A stretch of 48,057 nucleotides of DNA. It comes from a virus. Lineage: Duplodnaviria > Caudoviricetes. The stretch lies in the IMG/VR virus record IMGVR_UViG_3300014208_001444, positions 1-48,057 of that record, one strand, 5' to 3'. The first letter of the stretch is position 1; every line of letters starts with the position of its first letter. The notes under the pieces were generated by a model, which was not told the origin of the DNA, ran no database searches, and worked only from the letters and a program-made list of their open reading frames with translations. Positions 45,316 to 48,057 of the stretch are shown here, in pieces. The position numbers were made by a program, and so were the translations under genes.

Positions 45316-45957
45316 TTATGCTCGTCTTAAATTCTTCGCCTTCCGAATTAACAGCGTCATCCTGCCCACTATGCGGAAGTCGGAATCCTCCGGAGTAACG
45401 ACAATCGGTTCCATATTGTCGTTCTCCGGGATTAGCAGATGATTCCCTTTGGAATCCCGGCCGTATTTCTTTAACGTCGCCCCGCCTTCGTAGATGGCGA
45501 CTACGATATCGCCAGGATCAGCAGTCGTCTGCTGTTTGGCTATCACGTAATCGCCCGAGTATATTCCGGCTTTCACCATGCTGTCACCTTTTACTGGAAA
45601 CATGCAAAACTCTCCTGCGCCGGTTAAAGACTTTGAAAGCCAGTGGACCTCATCCGTGTCGTCTGATAGTGTCTTTGGACTACCCAAGGGGACCGTTGCC
45701 AGGCACTCTGGAATCGGTGTAAGGGCCGCCCACTCCGGTCGCACCATCCCGGAGGTAGGCTTCAGACTGCGGAACTTCCGTTTCTCCTTTTTAAGGAAGC
45801 CTTTTTTTACCAAGGCGTCTATATGCCCGGACACTCCTTTGATGGAGGCGAAGCCGAAATGGGTTCCTATCTCCCTAAAAGTAGGCGCTGCCCCGGTTTT
45901 CTGGATGGTATGCGTGATAAAATCCAGCACCTGCTGCTGTTTTTTTGTCAGTTCCAT
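45316..45957 (-). CDS. LexA-like repressor (wHTH plus S24 peptidase)
   Basis: LTKKQ..VL.FI......G..PT.REI...FG, GDSM (Ser), TLKK (Lys). Confidence 0.9.
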   Translation of the reverse strand: MELTKKQQQVLDFITHTIQKTGAAPTFREIGTHFGFASIKGVSGHIDALVKKGFLKKEKRKFRSLKPTSGMVRPEWAALTPIPECLATVPLGSPKTLSDDTDEVHWLSKSLTGAGEFCMFPVKGDSMVKAGIYSGDYVIAKQQTTADPGDIVVAIYEGGATLKKYGRDSKGNHLLIPENDNMEPIVVTPEDSDFRIVGRMTLLIRKAKNLRRA

Positions 45958-46014
45958 TATCGCGTCTCCCGAGTGGTTTTGGAAAGGTTCTTGCTGCGAC
46001 TAGCCCCGAATCAA

Positions 46015-46044
46015 ATAATAGTAAACAAATGTTCACTATGTCAA
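46015..46044 (-). promoter_or_regulatory. Repressor promoter TTGACA-N18-TATTAT overlapped by a palindromic operator
   Basis: ATAGTAAACA-AA-TGTTCACTAT (46018..46039, arms match 9/10) containing GAAC-N4-GTTT, similar to the GAAC-N4-GTTC SOS box. Confidence 0.7.
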
Positions 46045-46197
46045 ATCTTACCTGCTTTTTCGCTGGAAAATAGATGACAAAGCGGCCTCCCTGAGCGGGC
46101 TCAAATTCACTTATTCGAAACTCTTTCTGCGAATAAACGGTAGGAAACTGCTGAACAGTATAACCATTCATTTCCACGCATGTCAAATTTTTCCTCG

Positions 46198-46229
46198 TTC
46201 GTCATTTTGGCCGCCTCAATCGTCTTTAT
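46198..46229 (+). promoter_or_regulatory. Bipartite motif copy 2 (putative phage-sigma promoter for the recombinase operon)
   Basis: TTCGTCATTTTGG-CCGCCTCAAT-CGTCTTTAT then GAGG RBS and ATG 46243. Confidence 0.7.
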
Positions 46230-46242
46230 TGGCGAGGCGATT

Positions 46243-46422
46243 ATGACCGATATCCGAATAAAAATCATAGAAGAAATGACTCCCGACGAGAGGTTTAGGC
46301 GCGTTGTGGAGATCCTGACGGCAGCGTCACTACGGCTTTTGAAAAAGCAGAAAGAGGCGCAGTTGCCTGATGCCGAGCGAATCAAAAAGCCCTTGATTAT
46401 CGACGAGAAAGAAGGTAAGTGA
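46243..46422 (+). CDS. Small protein upstream of the integrase (candidate recombination directionality factor)
   Basis: 59 aa; RBS; 6 nt before the recombinase start. Function inferred from position only. Confidence 0.5.
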   Translation: MTDIRIKIIEEMTPDERFRRVVEILTAASLRLLKKQKEAQLPDAERIKKPLIIDEKEGK

Positions 46423-46428
46423 TCATAT

Positions 46429-48057
46429 ATGGCTAACAGAAGAATAGACCCACCGCCGGAGCCGGAAAAGCCCAAGATCCTGTCCTGCGCCATTTACACG
46501 CGCAAATCCACGGACGAAAACCTTAACACGAACTTCAACTCGCTGGACTCCCAGAGGGAATACTGCCAGGCGTTCATAAAGAGCCGGGAGCCGGAGGGCT
46601 GGAGTGTGTGTCTTGAAGAATACAGCGACCCCGGTTTTACTGGCGGCAACATGGACCGCCCTGCGCTAAAGAGGCTTATCTCCGATGCCCGGCAGGGAAA
46701 GTTTCATGTGGTCGTCTGTTATAAATACGACCGGCTCAGCCGCAACACGCGGGATTTCCTTCATATCCTCGATACTTTTGAGAAGAACGGCGTGGCATTC
46801 GTATCCGTAACACAGCCGATAGACACCACCTCTTCGGTCGGCAGGCTGATGCGGTCCATCCTGATGGACTTTGCCCAGTTCGAGCGTGAGATGATAAGCG
46901 AACGGACGCGCGACAAGATGGCGGCTATGGCTAGGAAAGGGAAATGGGTCGGCGGCCATCCTATCATCGGCTACGAGTATGACAAGAAGAATAAGATTCT
47001 CCTGGTCAATCCAGATGAAGCGAAGCTTGTGCGTGAAATCTTCGACACCTACATCCGGACGACGTCCCTGCTGGCCACAGCAAAGTGGGCGACCGACAAG
47101 GGTTACACCATGAAAGGCTGGACTACGGAAAAAGGCCAGCAGCGCGGCGGCCGTACATTCAACAAGGCGAATCTGAGCTACCTCATAAACAATCCTGTTT
47201 TTACCGGCAAGATCGCTTATAAGCGGGAAATTTTTAAGGGAGAGCATCCGGCCATCATCCCGGACGATGTCTTCGAACAGGCGCACAGAATCCTCCGGGC
47301 CAACTGGAAAGGAAAATCGCATAAACATTTCGAGGACCGGAAGCACAACTATCTCCTGGGCGGCCTTGTCCGGTGCGCGTTCTGTAATTCTACGATGACG
47401 CCGACAACCAGCCGCCCCCGGAAGGGCGAGCGGTATTTCTACTATCACTGCATCTCGGTCAACAAGATGGACAGGACCGCTTGTGATGTCAGACGGGTCC
47501 CAGCCAAGGCGCTTGAGGGCTTTGTGCTGAAACGGCTGGAATTGCTGAGTAAGAGCAAGGATGTCGTGGAAACCGTCATTAAAGGCACGATTGACGACTC
47601 TGACCGGGTCCTGCCGGGCAAGCGCGACGAGAAAAGCCGCTTAAGCGCGGAATTAGGCCGGGTGGAGGGCGATGTCAGGAACCTTGTGAACGTTCTGGCG
47701 CAGGAGGGCGCGGATTCCCCCCGCTACAGGGTAATTATGGACAGGCTGGACGAATCACAGGCCAAAAAGGATGCGGTGCGGACCAGGCTGTTCGCCCTGG
47801 ACAAAGAAATCATGGAATACGAGGGCCGGGAGGTGGATGCGGAGATCGTCCGGCAAAATCTTGAGCATTTCCTGCGGCTTTTCGGGCAATGCAGCTATGA
47901 TGAGCAGAAAGAGCTCCTGAAGCTCCTTATACGCGACGTCTACTACGACGGCAAGAATTCGCGCGTTAAAATAGCACTGAGGCCGGTTTCCGGGGCTTGG
48001 GGCGATGTGGCCCACTTGGAAGGATTGTTCGATGACAGTCAAAAATGGGGTGGCTGA
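46429..48057 (+). CDS. Large serine recombinase (integrase)
   Basis: YTRKS catalytic Ser, DRLSR, FAQFERE.I.ER, recombinase domain, CAFC...YYHC...C zinc ribbon, coiled coil. Confidence 0.95.
   Translation: MANRRIDPPPEPEKPKILSCAIYTRKSTDENLNTNFNSLDSQREYCQAFIKSREPEGWSVCLEEYSDPGFTGGNMDRPALKRLISDARQGKFHVVVCYKYDRLSRNTRDFLHILDTFEKNGVAFVSVTQPIDTTSSVGRLMRSILMDFAQFEREMISERTRDKMAAMARKGKWVGGHPIIGYEYDKKNKILLVNPDEAKLVREIFDTYIRTTSLLATAKWATDKGYTMKGWTTEKGQQRGGRTFNKANLSYLINNPVFTGKIAYKREIFKGEHPAIIPDDVFEQAHRILRANWKGKSHKHFEDRKHNYLLGGLVRCAFCNSTMTPTTSRPRKGERYFYYHCISVNKMDRTACDVRRVPAKALEGFVLKRLELLSKSKDVVETVIKGTIDDSDRVLPGKRDEKSRLSAELGRVEGDVRNLVNVLAQEGADSPRYRVIMDRLDESQAKKDAVRTRLFALDKEIMEYEGREVDAEIVRQNLEHFLRLFGQCSYDEQKELLKLLIRDVYYDGKNSRVKIALRPVSGAWGDVAHLEGLFDDSQKWGG
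48046..48057 (-). other. Probable 3' end of a tRNA-His gene (candidate att site)
   Basis: Reverse complement TCAGCCACCCCA resembles the tRNA-His acceptor end (E. coli ...TAGCCACCCCA); only 12 nt are visible. Confidence 0.45.

Larger units (their letters stand above)
1..48057. mobile_element. Temperate phage/prophage, siphovirus-like (HK97-type head, non-contractile tail), with defence cargo; left boundary probably outside the window
   Basis: Ordered integrase, repressor, replication, terminase, portal, protease, capsid, neck, tail tube, tape measure and lysis modules; no sheath gene seen. Confidence 0.95.

Noticed and set aside
1-48057. CRISPR array, diversity-generating retroelement, IS element, contractile tail, canonical tRNA or rRNA
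   Set aside because: No regularly spaced repeats, reverse transcriptase, transposase, sheath gene or canonical T-loop tRNA was seen by eye.

Overview
The window is an almost complete ~48 kb temperate siphovirus-type prophage, mostly on the minus strand. From right to left it holds a large serine recombinase ending in what looks like a tRNA-His 3' end, then a LexA-like repressor, a Com-like zinc ribbon (missed by the ORF track) and an ApeA-like HEPN gene. A structured RNA leader precedes an ECF-like sigma factor and the recombination/primase-helicase genes. Next come the terminase, a Mom-like DNA hypermodification gene, a portal-MuF fusion, a tandem Dam-like methyltransferase, HK97-type head genes, a non-contractile tail and the lysis cassette. 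An AT-rich defence island follows (type III R-M, IetAS-like AAA+ ATPase/S8 protease, membrane protein, Pro-rich peptide), then a plus-strand small-gene operon ending in a XerD-like recombinase. The most notable unannotated signals are: (1) a 72-nt tRNA-Gly-like cloverleaf inside the 3' end of the mom gene; (2) a Com-like protein with a matching GAG-NN-CC tandem site in an attenuator-like leader; (3) three copies of a bipartite sigma-type promoter and two copies of an activator-type late promoter; (4) a symmetric dif/loxP-like site between terS and terL. All protein calls come from motif recognition by eye; no database search was run, and the host taxon cannot be determined.
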